Made by a program: the position numbers and the translations under genes. The notes under the pieces were generated by a model. That model made no database searches. It saw nothing but the letters and a program-made list of their open reading frames with translations, and was not told where the DNA came from. From the IMG/VR virus record IMGVR_UViG_3300021961_000042, positions 1 through 64,000 of that record: DNA of 64,000 nucleotides; one strand, given 5' to 3'. Origin of the DNA: a virus. Positions 48,851 to 59,134 of this stretch are shown one piece after another (within the stretch, counting starts at the first letter, position 1; every line of letters starts with the position of its first letter).

Positions 48851-49932
48851 TGTCTAATAGTGTTTTAAAATATAGAATTAGTCCTGAGTTTCTTAAAACT
48901 GATATTTTTGAAGAAACATATAATGGAGTAGATTTTGGGGTCTATTCATCTATAACTGAAATAGTTAGCGGAGGAACTAATGGTAATTCATATTTAACCG
49001 GTTTAACTATACCTATTGTTTTAAATCAGTCATATAATGATATTGGTTATTATTCTGAGTTTAGTGGTTTTATTGATCAAAAAGATATTGTTGGAAATTT
49101 TGTTATTTCAGGTAATAGTCAAAACCCGTATACTGTAACCGTTTATAATTCAAGTTCTTTTGTGTTCAACAGTTACTTGCAATTGGCTAATTACACAATA
49201 GATTGGGGAGACGGATCTGTGTCAGGGCAATTATCTACAACTAATGGACAACAATCACACACATATCAAAACTCACCAGGTAATTATATTATTACATTAT
49301 CGCAATTAAATCCTTTTGGATTAACAACAATCCAAAAACCAATATTTTTACCATTTACGGGGGTAACCATAGATAACCAATTAGGTGAAGTTTTTTTTAC
49401 ACAACAAGGTGGTTCTTGGTCAGGGATACCGATTTCATATAACTACATTTTCACAGGTGATTCTGTTAATGACGCCCAATATCACGTATCAAGTAACTAT
49501 ACACAAGTACCTTTTAATATTGTTGGTAAAACAAAATCTAAGTTGAGACTTCTTAAATTATGGGGACCACAAGAATACATTCCTGGTTTTTTTGTGCAAA
49601 TAAGTGATAACAGTATTGGTGTTGTTGATGAAATTGAGACTGATTATATTGCATACACTATCGATGGAATACACTATATAGATTATTTTAGTGGGACAAC
49701 TTTCTTTTCTTTTGAATCGTCAGGGTTTACTATTAATGATTTAGCGTCATCTGGTTTAACAAAAGACGAATTACTTTTAGATTTTGTTATGGCACCTGAA
49801 GTTCAGACAGACGTTTTTGTAGAAAGAGGTAAATACTCTCCTTTTGAATATACACAAAGACTTGGTGAGGTGGATAATGTAGGGGATTTACAAAGGTACG
49901 GATATGGTTTTTTTAAAATTAACACCACCTAA
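48850..49932 (+). CDS. PKD-domain-containing virion protein
   Basis: YTIDWGDGS...SHTY..PGNYIITL PKD signature. Confidence 0.65.
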   Translation: MSNSVLKYRISPEFLKTDIFEETYNGVDFGVYSSITEIVSGGTNGNSYLTGLTIPIVLNQSYNDIGYYSEFSGFIDQKDIVGNFVISGNSQNPYTVTVYNSSSFVFNSYLQLANYTIDWGDGSVSGQLSTTNGQQSHTYQNSPGNYIITLSQLNPFGLTTIQKPIFLPFTGVTIDNQLGEVFFTQQGGSWSGIPISYNYIFTGDSVNDAQYHVSSNYTQVPFNIVGKTKSKLRLLKLWGPQEYIPGFFVQISDNSIGVVDEIETDYIAYTIDGIHYIDYFSGTTFFSFESSGFTINDLASSGLTKDELLLDFVMAPEVQTDVFVERGKYSPFEYTQRLGEVDNVGDLQRYGYGFFKINTT

Positions 49933-49969
49933 AAAAAGGTACATAAACTATTTATAAAATAAAAAAAAT

Positions 49970-50878
49970 ATGGCACTTGGTTCATATGGTACAATAAGAC
50001 CCGCAGACGTTTCACCGGCTGACGTAGAGATAATTTTACATTATACTCCGTCTAGAGATGTTACAGCAAACTTTACGCTTAAAAAATTAAACTCAACACA
50101 AATTTTAACACCTTATTTCCATAATGGAAACACAGGTGGTAATACTAATATTGAAGTGTTAGGTGGTTTATATAATTTAAAACTACCAGCAGAAGAGTTT
50201 AATGCGATAGGTGTTTACACGGTGTATTTAAGACCTGCACAAATAAGAACAAGAATTAGCGATTGTGGTACTCTATCCGCCTTACCAAACGTTAAAGGGA
50301 TTATAGTGGACATAAGTAATGTACCTCAAAATTTTAGAAACAAATTCGTTAATCAAGGACTTGTTGGTTACAGAGTAGAATATTTGAATAATGACGGAAG
50401 TAAAATTCCTAACTTTTTTAGAATTATAACATCTTCATTTTTTTGTGAACCAACATTAACTGATCAGGTTAATAGTTCTCAAAAAACATTAAGATATAGA
50501 TATGTTGAAACTGGAAGCAATTTAATATTTTGTACATTATCACCATCGTCATCACCAACCAACAAACCAAACGCAACTCCTTTTATAGGGCAACCCAATC
50601 AAAATATCATTATAACAAATACTTTTTTTAATCCAATATCAGTGGATATTGAAATCGGCGAGTATGACTTAGATACTTTAGGAATTGCACTTTATGGTAA
50701 CCAAACTAAGAGTATTGATGACGGGATTTATACTTTATATGATAGAGCAGGAAACATATATAAACAATATAACTTATTTGAAGTTAGGGATAATTTCAAC
50801 GAATTACTATACGAAGTTAGACAAGATAGAGGTAGTAATATTGATTTTACTAAAAACTTTACAAATATAATTACTTAA
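49970..50878 (+). CDS. Virion structural protein, function unknown
   Basis: TATTTAT motif upstream; GLYNLKLP..F..IGVYTVYLRP. Confidence 0.5.
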   Translation: MALGSYGTIRPADVSPADVEIILHYTPSRDVTANFTLKKLNSTQILTPYFHNGNTGGNTNIEVLGGLYNLKLPAEEFNAIGVYTVYLRPAQIRTRISDCGTLSALPNVKGIIVDISNVPQNFRNKFVNQGLVGYRVEYLNNDGSKIPNFFRIITSSFFCEPTLTDQVNSSQKTLRYRYVETGSNLIFCTLSPSSSPTNKPNATPFIGQPNQNIIITNTFFNPISVDIEIGEYDLDTLGIALYGNQTKSIDDGIYTLYDRAGNIYKQYNLFEVRDNFNELLYEVRQDRGSNIDFTKNFTNIIT

Positions 50879-53868
50879 TGGCTAAAACTAAATTTTTATG
50901 TCCACCAATTGCGGCCACAGGTTCTGCAACTTTTTCCGACAATTTAGTCGGATTTCAAGTTGTGGACGGTGGAGGATTAACCCAAGGAAATTTTCAATTT
51001 ACAACATCATCTTTTGAAAAAGTAAATAGAAGTTTTTCTCTTGGGGTTTTTTCACAACCATACACTCTTGAAACATTAAAAATTGATAATATAGAGCAAA
51101 GTAAATTATTTGTTGAAAAGAACTTTCAAGTAGTACCAAACTTTGATTTATCACAAGTAACTAGTTTTTCACTATATGGTTCTTTTAGTAAAAGAATTTC
51201 TTCATCTATTACAAAAATTATAAGTAATTTTCCCGCAGCATTACAAATTGATTTTAAAAATTTTTCACAGTTTACGGGAAATACCGCTTTTAATATACAA
51301 TACGATAGTATTGAAAATGAAACTAGTTTTGATGTAAATATTTCATTAATAAAAAACCCATTTGATATTGATTACTCTATAAATGCAACATCGAATTTAG
51401 CGACAAGACCAATAAAGGTTAGTGAATATAGAAACCTTACAGTAAATTATACAAAATTTTCTTTATACGTTTCAAATTTAAATACACAATACAAAGTACT
51501 TGATTTTACCCCATCAACATTTATAAGTGCAGGAACTTTAAGTTTTATTGTTGAAGGTAATCCTTTTTCTTCACAAACAGCAACAACGGATACTTTAATT
51601 ATAAAACCAAATGATGAAAAAACAGAAGAAATTTTTAATACAAATTTTGATTATGTTGAAAAATATATTTTAAATAGACAAAGTTTTCCATTATATACTT
51701 CTGTTTATGAATATCCTGAATATAACGATAACGGAGAGTTAACTATGTATTCACAAAAATTATCATGGGGTTTAGACGGACTTTGGAATTTAGATATATT
51801 CAGCAATAATTTTGAGACATACTTACAAGATTTAAGTAATATAACGGAAAATATAGATAGCTACAGAACCAATTTAATAAGTAGATTTTTAACTTCAGGT
51901 TCAATAAAAGAATTTGATACTAACGATCAGAAAGTAGAAAAAGTATTACAGTTATACGGAAGAAGTTTCGATGAAACAAAAAAGTTTATTGATTCTTTAG
52001 CTTATATGACATCGGTTAATTATAAGGTGGGTAACGACATACCCTCACAGTTGTTAGTGAATTTGGCAAACACTTTAGGGTTTGATACTAAAACAACACC
52101 AATCACTAATGATGATTTAATGAATTCTATTTTTACAACATCAAAAGAACAAATTTATTCGGGACAGGCTGTTCAAAAAACACCACAAGAACTAAATTAT
52201 CAGTTTTATCGAAATTTAATTTTAAATGCTTCATATCTTTTTAGGTCTAAAGGTACTAGGAAATCAATTGAATATATTTTAAGATTTATTGGTGCACCCG
52301 AACAATTAATAGAATTTAACGAGTACATTTATTTGGCCGATAGTAGAATCCCTATTGAAGATTTTGATTCCCAATATGCGACAATTTCTGGAGGTACTAA
52401 GTTTTTTACAAGACCTTCTTTAGATTCAAACAATACTTTTAAAATTAGAGGTGTAAAATACACTGCGTTTACTACTGACGGGTTTATACAAAGTACCATA
52501 ATAGATGAAACAGATTACCCAATAAATTTGATAACAGGATATCCTGAAGTTCCTGTTTTTACTGCTGATTATTATTTCCAAAAAGGATCAGGTTGGTTTG
52601 AAGTAACAACACAACATAGGTCTCAGGAAGTGGTTGATTTTGAGTTATCTAATTTTACGGTAACACCATCTATTGTTAGGACTAAACTGGCTCCATTTAC
52701 ATATGGAAAAGAATATTTAGATAGGTTTGAAAATTTTCCATATATGGAACTTGGATATAATTTATATAGGACTATTGATAACAAAAAATCTTGGAGAAAA
52801 GATGAGGTTGGTAGACGAAAATATACTAATGGCCTTGGATCAACACTTTATGAAACTAGTGATGATAGGTTAGTTATTAATAGTAAAAACATGGAGATAT
52901 ATTTAAATATGGGACAAGGATTGACATACGATGTATGGAATACTTCAGTACAATATAATTACCCTATACCGAATAGTGGATTATCAGGTAATTATCCATC
53001 ACCAGGTTTAAATGATTGGACAGTTATAAATCCAAAACCAAAAGAAAAAACATTTTTTGAGTTTGCTCAAACTTTTTATAATAACATGATTAATGTTAGA
53101 AATAGACAAACAATATCTGATGGTAAAACAGGAGGGTACCCAACACTACAGTCTATTTTTTGGAAATATCTTCAATCACAACAAACTGTAAATATACCAA
53201 CAAATAATTACACTTATCAAAAAATGATAGATTATACACTTGGTTTAGGTGATTATTGGGTTAGACTTGTAGAGCAATTTGTACCCGCAACTGCGTTGTG
53301 GATGACGGGACAAAAAATGGATAACTCCGCATTTCATAGGCAAAAAGTCGTTTGGAGAAGACAAAGAGGGTGTTCATTTATTGAAAGCATATGTCCTCCT
53401 TGTGAATATAATGGAGAACCATTTACATATGATTGTATCGATCAAACAACAACATGTAACATACCAAGCTTTAATCCAGCAACTGTTTTAAATAATAAAA
53501 TTAATCAGTTAATAACAAGTAGTGGATATACAACCAACCAGTGTAACTTTAATACAATTTTATCTGATTGGTATGTTGATTTAAGATTAAAGGATATTTT
53601 AACAAATACTGAACAAAGTTTAATATTAGAAAAATTTTATACAGGTTATGGTCAAAATGCTTCAAATTTAACTACAGGTTTACCTTTAACTTATTATGAT
53701 ATAATAAATGCGATAGACGATAAACTAGAGTTATTGTACCAAGATGGGTTGAATTACTATTTATCGGGAGGAAATCTTATAATAAGTAATTCTAGTTGTT
53801 ATGATGATTTCAATAATAAACAAATCAAATTATATATTGGTTTGGACGTACAAATTAATTGTGGATAA
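50878..53868 (+). CDS. Baseplate wedge protein (gp7/P2 gpI-like domain)
   Basis: IPSQLLVNLANTLGF...YLFRSKGTRKSIEYILRFIG..IEFNEY; LVEQFVPAT. Confidence 0.65.
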   Translation: MAKTKFLCPPIAATGSATFSDNLVGFQVVDGGGLTQGNFQFTTSSFEKVNRSFSLGVFSQPYTLETLKIDNIEQSKLFVEKNFQVVPNFDLSQVTSFSLYGSFSKRISSSITKIISNFPAALQIDFKNFSQFTGNTAFNIQYDSIENETSFDVNISLIKNPFDIDYSINATSNLATRPIKVSEYRNLTVNYTKFSLYVSNLNTQYKVLDFTPSTFISAGTLSFIVEGNPFSSQTATTDTLIIKPNDEKTEEIFNTNFDYVEKYILNRQSFPLYTSVYEYPEYNDNGELTMYSQKLSWGLDGLWNLDIFSNNFETYLQDLSNITENIDSYRTNLISRFLTSGSIKEFDTNDQKVEKVLQLYGRSFDETKKFIDSLAYMTSVNYKVGNDIPSQLLVNLANTLGFDTKTTPITNDDLMNSIFTTSKEQIYSGQAVQKTPQELNYQFYRNLILNASYLFRSKGTRKSIEYILRFIGAPEQLIEFNEYIYLADSRIPIEDFDSQYATISGGTKFFTRPSLDSNNTFKIRGVKYTAFTTDGFIQSTIIDETDYPINLITGYPEVPVFTADYYFQKGSGWFEVTTQHRSQEVVDFELSNFTVTPSIVRTKLAPFTYGKEYLDRFENFPYMELGYNLYRTIDNKKSWRKDEVGRRKYTNGLGSTLYETSDDRLVINSKNMEIYLNMGQGLTYDVWNTSVQYNYPIPNSGLSGNYPSPGLNDWTVINPKPKEKTFFEFAQTFYNNMINVRNRQTISDGKTGGYPTLQSIFWKYLQSQQTVNIPTNNYTYQKMIDYTLGLGDYWVRLVEQFVPATALWMTGQKMDNSAFHRQKVVWRRQRGCSFIESICPPCEYNGEPFTYDCIDQTTTCNIPSFNPATVLNNKINQLITSSGYTTNQCNFNTILSDWYVDLRLKDILTNTEQSLILEKFYTGYGQNASNLTTGLPLTYYDIINAIDDKLELLYQDGLNYYLSGGNLIISNSSCYDDFNNKQIKLYIGLDVQINCG

Positions 53869-56636
53869 TGGCGGGAATATCGGGTAAAACGTTAGGTGGT
53901 TATTATAGTTATGTGGACTCTTGTGGTAATGCCCAACAAGGTTTTGCATTTGCAGATGTTTCCGTTTGTATTGATCAAACATATTCAGCAAGTACTGTTG
54001 GTTTAATTATTGATAGTGGTGCCACTTGTAATTTAAACTGTAATCAGGGACCAATAAGTTATACGTATAGTGTAACCGGTACTTGTGATAATGTCAGTGG
54101 AGGGACTATTAATTTACAAGTTTTTGGTGGTATTGCGCCATACACGATAACAAATACACAACCTGGTAGTGTTCCTGTACAAACTAGTTCGAGTTTATTT
54201 TCATATACAGGTTTAAGTGCTAGTACATACGTTTTTAGAATAAATGATTCATCTGCACCACAAAATAATGAATTATACTTTAATATTAACATATCTGAGT
54301 GTTTTGAAACAACAATAGATAACGTTTCAGGAACAACTTGCGGAGATAATGACGGATCTTTTTTCATTAATGCCAACTCCAATTCATCTCCTTATAATAT
54401 AATACTTTATAAAAACGGGATTTATTATTCGTTATATCAAACAAACACACTACCTTATTTAATTAATGGGTTGAGTTCTGGGATTTATAATGCGGTTGTT
54501 TATGATTATGGACTGACCACAGCTAATACTGAAAATGTAGTGATTAGTGCTAGTACCCCAATCGAATACGGAATTTGGAAAGTTAACACTTCTACATGTG
54601 TAATTAATACAGGTAAGTTGGCGGTAACTGGATTAACAGGAAATGGTCCTTTTACTATTCAGTGGTCTGACGGGCAGACAGGACAATTGGCTACAGGGTT
54701 AACAGAAGGTACATATAGTGTAACGGTTACTGATTATTACGGGTGCCAATCAACACAAACAGAAACAATCGGAGCGGCACTCCCTTTAGGGATTGTTGGA
54801 TCAACATCAGTTAATCCAACAGGTTGTTTTTCTTCTGATGGTAGTATAACCGTAAATATTTCTGGAGGTACGGGACCTTATTATTACTCTGCAAATACAA
54901 ACCAAGTTGGTTATACTTTGTCTGATACCTTTACTTTATCTAATATGCCTTCGGGTAATTATACTGTTTTTATTAGAGATGCTAACTTTTGTTCTATAAC
55001 AACAAACGTAAGTATTGGAGTACCATTTGGGTTCACATTTGTAGGGAATACAATAACAAATAGTCAATGTAATCAAAATTCAGGGTCTTTAACCACAACA
55101 ATACAAGGGGCAAATGGTTCTGTATTTTATAGTCTTTCAGGATTAACAAACGGAACATTTTATTCACAAAATTTACAATCAAATACTGCGACTTTTAATA
55201 ATTTATCTCCCGATAATTACTTATTAACAATATCAGGACAATCTAGTTCTTGTAATTACACAGATACGGTTTTAATACAATCTGTTGATAAGTTTAATGT
55301 ATCATTAAGTGTTACGGGGGACACATGTAATTCAGGTAATGGAAAAGTTGCTATAAATGTGGGTACTGGATACACTAATTGGCAAACAAACGGACAATTG
55401 GATTATATTTTAAGTAATGGTCAATCTATTATAGATACACCACTAACTTCATATACATTTACCAACCTAACTTCAGGAAATTATACATTACAAGTTGTAG
55501 ATGAAGATAATTGTTCTGTAACAAGAAACTTCACAATAGTACCGGGGGGTAATTTAAATAGTTTTGTAACAACCACAAATTTAATTAATGGAAATGATGG
55601 GTCTGCGACTGTTTTTATATTTGAAGGAGAACCTACGTTTACATACACTTGGAGTGATAACGTGCCCGCAGGAACAACAGGTAGTACCGCTACCGGATTA
55701 AGTGGTGGATCATATTCTGTTTTAGTTACAGATAGTAGTGGGTGTACAAATCAATTATCTTTTGAAATTATAAGCAATTCTAATAACCCAGGACTACCAC
55801 CAGGTATTAGTCCGAGTATTGTTTCAAATTATGTGGTTTATGAAATATGTTCCTCAAACTTTATAACAACATCGAACACAAAAAGAGGTATAAGTGAAAT
55901 GCTTAATGAAGGTTATTTGGATTTGAGTAGTGGTTATACAAATTGTATATTAAACACAGTTTCTTTAGATTGTATAATAACTATAAGTGGTGTTTCATAT
56001 ACACAAACACTAACCGCACCAAACGACGAATCATGGAAAACCGCAATTGAAACAATTTTATCATCAATACCTGAAATAAGTGATTATGACGTTGATTTAT
56101 TTAATAACACACTCCAAATAAAATCAACATGTACAGATGGTGTTGATAGTTTAGGAGAAACCGATTTTAAATTAGAGTTAGCAATAACATACGACATTAG
56201 TTGTTATGAACCGGTAACACCAACCCCAACAGTTACCGTGACACCAACACCTACACCAACCCCTACACCTACACCAACTCCTACACCTACACCAACACCT
56301 ACACCAACTCCGACGGCAACACCGGTACCTCCTCCATCATTTATGTGGTTCACAAATGGTCAGACATATCCGAGTACTGTTAATACTTACTGTACTGCGA
56401 CTAACTGTGCAACATTTACTTTTTATACAACAGGCGCCACAATATCTCAAAACGATATAATTTATGCGGATGTTGCACTTACACAAAATATTGGAGGATT
56501 AGCGACAAATTTTGGACCATCTGGTGGTGGATTTGGAAGAATGTTCCTATCTAATGATTGTCCAATAGTTGGTACAAGAATAATTGTACAAATAGATGGG
56601 ACAGGAAAAGTAATAAGTCAACCATACTCTTGTTAA
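53868..56636 (+). CDS. Fibre/adhesin with SprB-like repeats and a (PT)n linker
   Basis: Repeated C...DGSITV...GG..PY...W......GL..G.Y.VTVTD..GC units; ATG at 53868 overlaps the previous stop codon. Confidence 0.7.
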   Translation: MAGISGKTLGGYYSYVDSCGNAQQGFAFADVSVCIDQTYSASTVGLIIDSGATCNLNCNQGPISYTYSVTGTCDNVSGGTINLQVFGGIAPYTITNTQPGSVPVQTSSSLFSYTGLSASTYVFRINDSSAPQNNELYFNINISECFETTIDNVSGTTCGDNDGSFFINANSNSSPYNIILYKNGIYYSLYQTNTLPYLINGLSSGIYNAVVYDYGLTTANTENVVISASTPIEYGIWKVNTSTCVINTGKLAVTGLTGNGPFTIQWSDGQTGQLATGLTEGTYSVTVTDYYGCQSTQTETIGAALPLGIVGSTSVNPTGCFSSDGSITVNISGGTGPYYYSANTNQVGYTLSDTFTLSNMPSGNYTVFIRDANFCSITTNVSIGVPFGFTFVGNTITNSQCNQNSGSLTTTIQGANGSVFYSLSGLTNGTFYSQNLQSNTATFNNLSPDNYLLTISGQSSSCNYTDTVLIQSVDKFNVSLSVTGDTCNSGNGKVAINVGTGYTNWQTNGQLDYILSNGQSIIDTPLTSYTFTNLTSGNYTLQVVDEDNCSVTRNFTIVPGGNLNSFVTTTNLINGNDGSATVFIFEGEPTFTYTWSDNVPAGTTGSTATGLSGGSYSVLVTDSSGCTNQLSFEIISNSNNPGLPPGISPSIVSNYVVYEICSSNFITTSNTKRGISEMLNEGYLDLSSGYTNCILNTVSLDCIITISGVSYTQTLTAPNDESWKTAIETILSSIPEISDYDVDLFNNTLQIKSTCTDGVDSLGETDFKLELAITYDISCYEPVTPTPTVTVTPTPTPTPTPTPTPTPTPTPTPTPTATPVPPPSFMWFTNGQTYPSTVNTYCTATNCATFTFYTTGATISQNDIIYADVALTQNIGGLATNFGPSGGGFGRMFLSNDCPIVGTRIIVQIDGTGKVISQPYSC
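56211..56335 (+). repeat. (Pro-Thr)n coding repeat
   Basis: PVTPTPTVTVTPTPTPT...PTATPVPPP encoded by ACNCCN hexamers. Confidence 0.9.
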
Positions 56637-56924
56637 ATGCCATATTCAATAGACATATTAAATATTTCAGGAGGTACACCACCTGTTTCATTATTTGCCT
56701 GTGATGAATTTGGTAATAATTGTACATTGTTAGGGACAACAACAGGCACTTATGTTTTACCCGCTCTTTTACAAACGGCAACTACTATTATGGTTAAAAC
56801 GGTTGATAGTACGGGTTGTATTTACTTTAAGATATTAACTTGTGAAGAAGAAACATATTTTGTATTAACAGAATTAGGAGACATTTTAGAAACTGAAAGT
56901 GGAGATTCATTAGTTTGGTCCTAA
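56637..56924 (+). CDS. Small fibre adaptor-like protein (paralog family, copy 1)
   Basis: ISGGTPPVSLFACD....C...VKTVDSTGC; C-terminal LTELGDILETESGDSL. Confidence 0.6.
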   Translation: MPYSIDILNISGGTPPVSLFACDEFGNNCTLLGTTTGTYVLPALLQTATTIMVKTVDSTGCIYFKILTCEEETYFVLTELGDILETESGDSLVWS

Positions 56925-56939
56925 TCTATATTTATTATT

Positions 56940-57227
56940 ATGATAATTAATATTACTGGAGAAACAGGAACTTTAGAACCTTTAGATATTTTTCTTTGTG
57001 ACCCAACAAATACAGGATGTTTTTACATTTCAGGATTAACAAATATTCCAGCAACTGTTGTAATAAACACTGAAAACTATTTCCCAAACGAAAATTTTTT
57101 ATATTTAAGAATAGTCGATACTAATGGTTGCATTTACTCAACAATAATAGACTGTTTAGGTCAAAAGGCTTTCCAAGATGACATATACTTTAATTTTATG
57201 GACGGGTTTGGGTATATTTTTCAATAA
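56940..57227 (+). CDS. Small fibre adaptor-like protein (copy 2)
   Basis: PLDIFLCD....GC.YI...LRIVDTNGC; C-terminal KAFQDDIYFNFMDGFGYIFQ. Confidence 0.6.
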   Translation: MIINITGETGTLEPLDIFLCDPTNTGCFYISGLTNIPATVVINTENYFPNENFLYLRIVDTNGCIYSTIIDCLGQKAFQDDIYFNFMDGFGYIFQ

Positions 57228-57248
57228 TTAATATTTATAAAATAAAGT

Positions 57249-59090
57249 ATGCCAACATATCAATTATTAACGGATAGAACATTAGCAGATGCGTCAGCAA
57301 TAACGCCAACGACACTAATACATATAGTATATACAGGAGACCCATCTCAAAACCCTGCCGGATCCTCATATAAAGCAGAATTAGGACAATTAGTTGGATT
57401 ATTTAGTGGAGCATCTGACACTTTAGTGACGGGTGGAACATATAGTGCAGGAACAATTACTTTTACAAATAATAGTGGAGGAACATTTAATGTTTCAGGA
57501 TTAACAGAACCATTTAGCGGAGGATCAGGAAACTGTATTGCAGATCTATATGTTACAAATATACATGGATGTTCACCAATAACAATATACGATTCTATTA
57601 GATCTACAGGTTCTACGGTCTCAGGATTAACTTCATTTTCTTTTGGTTTTGAAACCTCCGCAACTACTGATTATTCTTTTGCTACTGGAGCACAAACTTT
57701 GGCTTCGGGACCATACTCACACGCTGAAGGTATTTTGACAATATCTTCAGGTATATCTTCACATGCAGAGGGAGTATTAACAGTTGCCGCTGAGTGGGGG
57801 TCCCATGCTGAGGGAGGATATTATAATGGTGCTAATTTTGCACCTGGAGGTAAGGCTCTTGCTTGGGGTTCACATGCTGAAGGAACATTAACTATCGCTT
57901 CGGGTGTTTCATCACATTCTGAAGGTGTTTATACTGTTGCCTTAGGATGGGGTTCACATGCAGAAGGAGGGTATGTAGATGGCGGTTTATATTCTGGTGG
58001 TACCGCTGTTGGTTTGGGTTCACATGCTGAAGGACAAGAAACAATATCATCGGGAACATCTTCACATTCAGAAGGTTGGTTAACAAATTCTAGTGGTTCT
58101 TATTCACATGCGGAAGGGCAACTAACACTATCTTTGGGACAATCTTCACATGCCGAAGGACAAACCACAATATCTTCAGGTGATTGGTCACATGCGGAAG
58201 GAAGTTCTACAATTGCATCAGGTAATTGGTCACATGCTGAAGGAAGTCAAACAGTCGCTAGTGGTGATTTTTCACATGCGGAAGGTTTTGGAACATTAGC
58301 AGATGGCAAGGGTTCACATGCGGAAGGAGGTTATTTCCTACACCCAACATACGTAAGTGGAGGTACCGCATTGGGTAGGGCTTCACATGCTGAAGGGGTA
58401 AAAACTACGGCTTATGGGATAGCATCCCATGCGGAAGGTGACGAGACATACTCTTTTGGTTTTGGGTCTCACGCCGAAGGTAATGGGACGTACACTTCAG
58501 GAACATACCAACACGCAACAGGAAAATGGAATTTGACTGCGGACACCAGTTCAGGTGCATTTATCATTGGTAATGGAACAAGTAATTTAAATAGAAGTAA
58601 TTTACTATTTGCGGCAAATTCAGGTGTTACAATTTATGGTAATTTTACTGCAAACACGGTATCTGCCACAACATATTATAATTTACCACCAAAAGAGGTT
58701 TTTTATAAATCTTCAGGACCTGGTTTTGCATATCTTGGTGAATTTTATGAACCATATTGTAGTGGTAGTTCCGATAAGGTTTATGTTAGCGGAACAATAC
58801 CTTATGATTTTGATAGTTTAATTAGTAGTAAACTAATAACTATTTCAGACTTCACGGCAAGTGAATTGACTGATTTGAGAATAAATTATAACCAAACGGG
58901 AGGTATTTTTAGTGCTAACACGGCCTTTACTCAAACATCAATTAGTTACACCACCGAAGAATTTACTGAAGTTGATATACTACCAATTTTTTCAGGTTTA
59001 TCCGCTAACGATAACTTTTCTGTTAGTATATTTCAAAATAACACTAACTTATTAGTCTTAGGTTTAAAAATGAAATATAATAGATTGTAA
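57249..59090 (+). CDS. Trimeric adhesin-like tail fibre with YadA-head-type beta-roll (SHAEG repeats)
   Basis: 17 S-H-[AS]-E-G units at ~14 aa spacing, followed by AFIIGNGT...RSN neck-like motif. Confidence 0.8.
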   Translation: MPTYQLLTDRTLADASAITPTTLIHIVYTGDPSQNPAGSSYKAELGQLVGLFSGASDTLVTGGTYSAGTITFTNNSGGTFNVSGLTEPFSGGSGNCIADLYVTNIHGCSPITIYDSIRSTGSTVSGLTSFSFGFETSATTDYSFATGAQTLASGPYSHAEGILTISSGISSHAEGVLTVAAEWGSHAEGGYYNGANFAPGGKALAWGSHAEGTLTIASGVSSHSEGVYTVALGWGSHAEGGYVDGGLYSGGTAVGLGSHAEGQETISSGTSSHSEGWLTNSSGSYSHAEGQLTLSLGQSSHAEGQTTISSGDWSHAEGSSTIASGNWSHAEGSQTVASGDFSHAEGFGTLADGKGSHAEGGYFLHPTYVSGGTALGRASHAEGVKTTAYGIASHAEGDETYSFGFGSHAEGNGTYTSGTYQHATGKWNLTADTSSGAFIIGNGTSNLNRSNLLFAANSGVTIYGNFTANTVSATTYYNLPPKEVFYKSSGPGFAYLGEFYEPYCSGSSDKVYVSGTIPYDFDSLISSKLITISDFTASELTDLRINYNQTGGIFSANTAFTQTSISYTTEEFTEVDILPIFSGLSANDNFSVSIFQNNTNLLVLGLKMKYNRL

Positions 59091-59134
59091 TATTTTTAAT
59101 TTACAAAAAATACTATAACATTTATTATAACTAT

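Noticed and set aside
59100-59128. TTTACA-N17-TATTAT sigma70-like promoter before the glycosyltransferases
   Set aside because: Plausible but easily generated by chance in DNA this AT-rich; not listed as a feature
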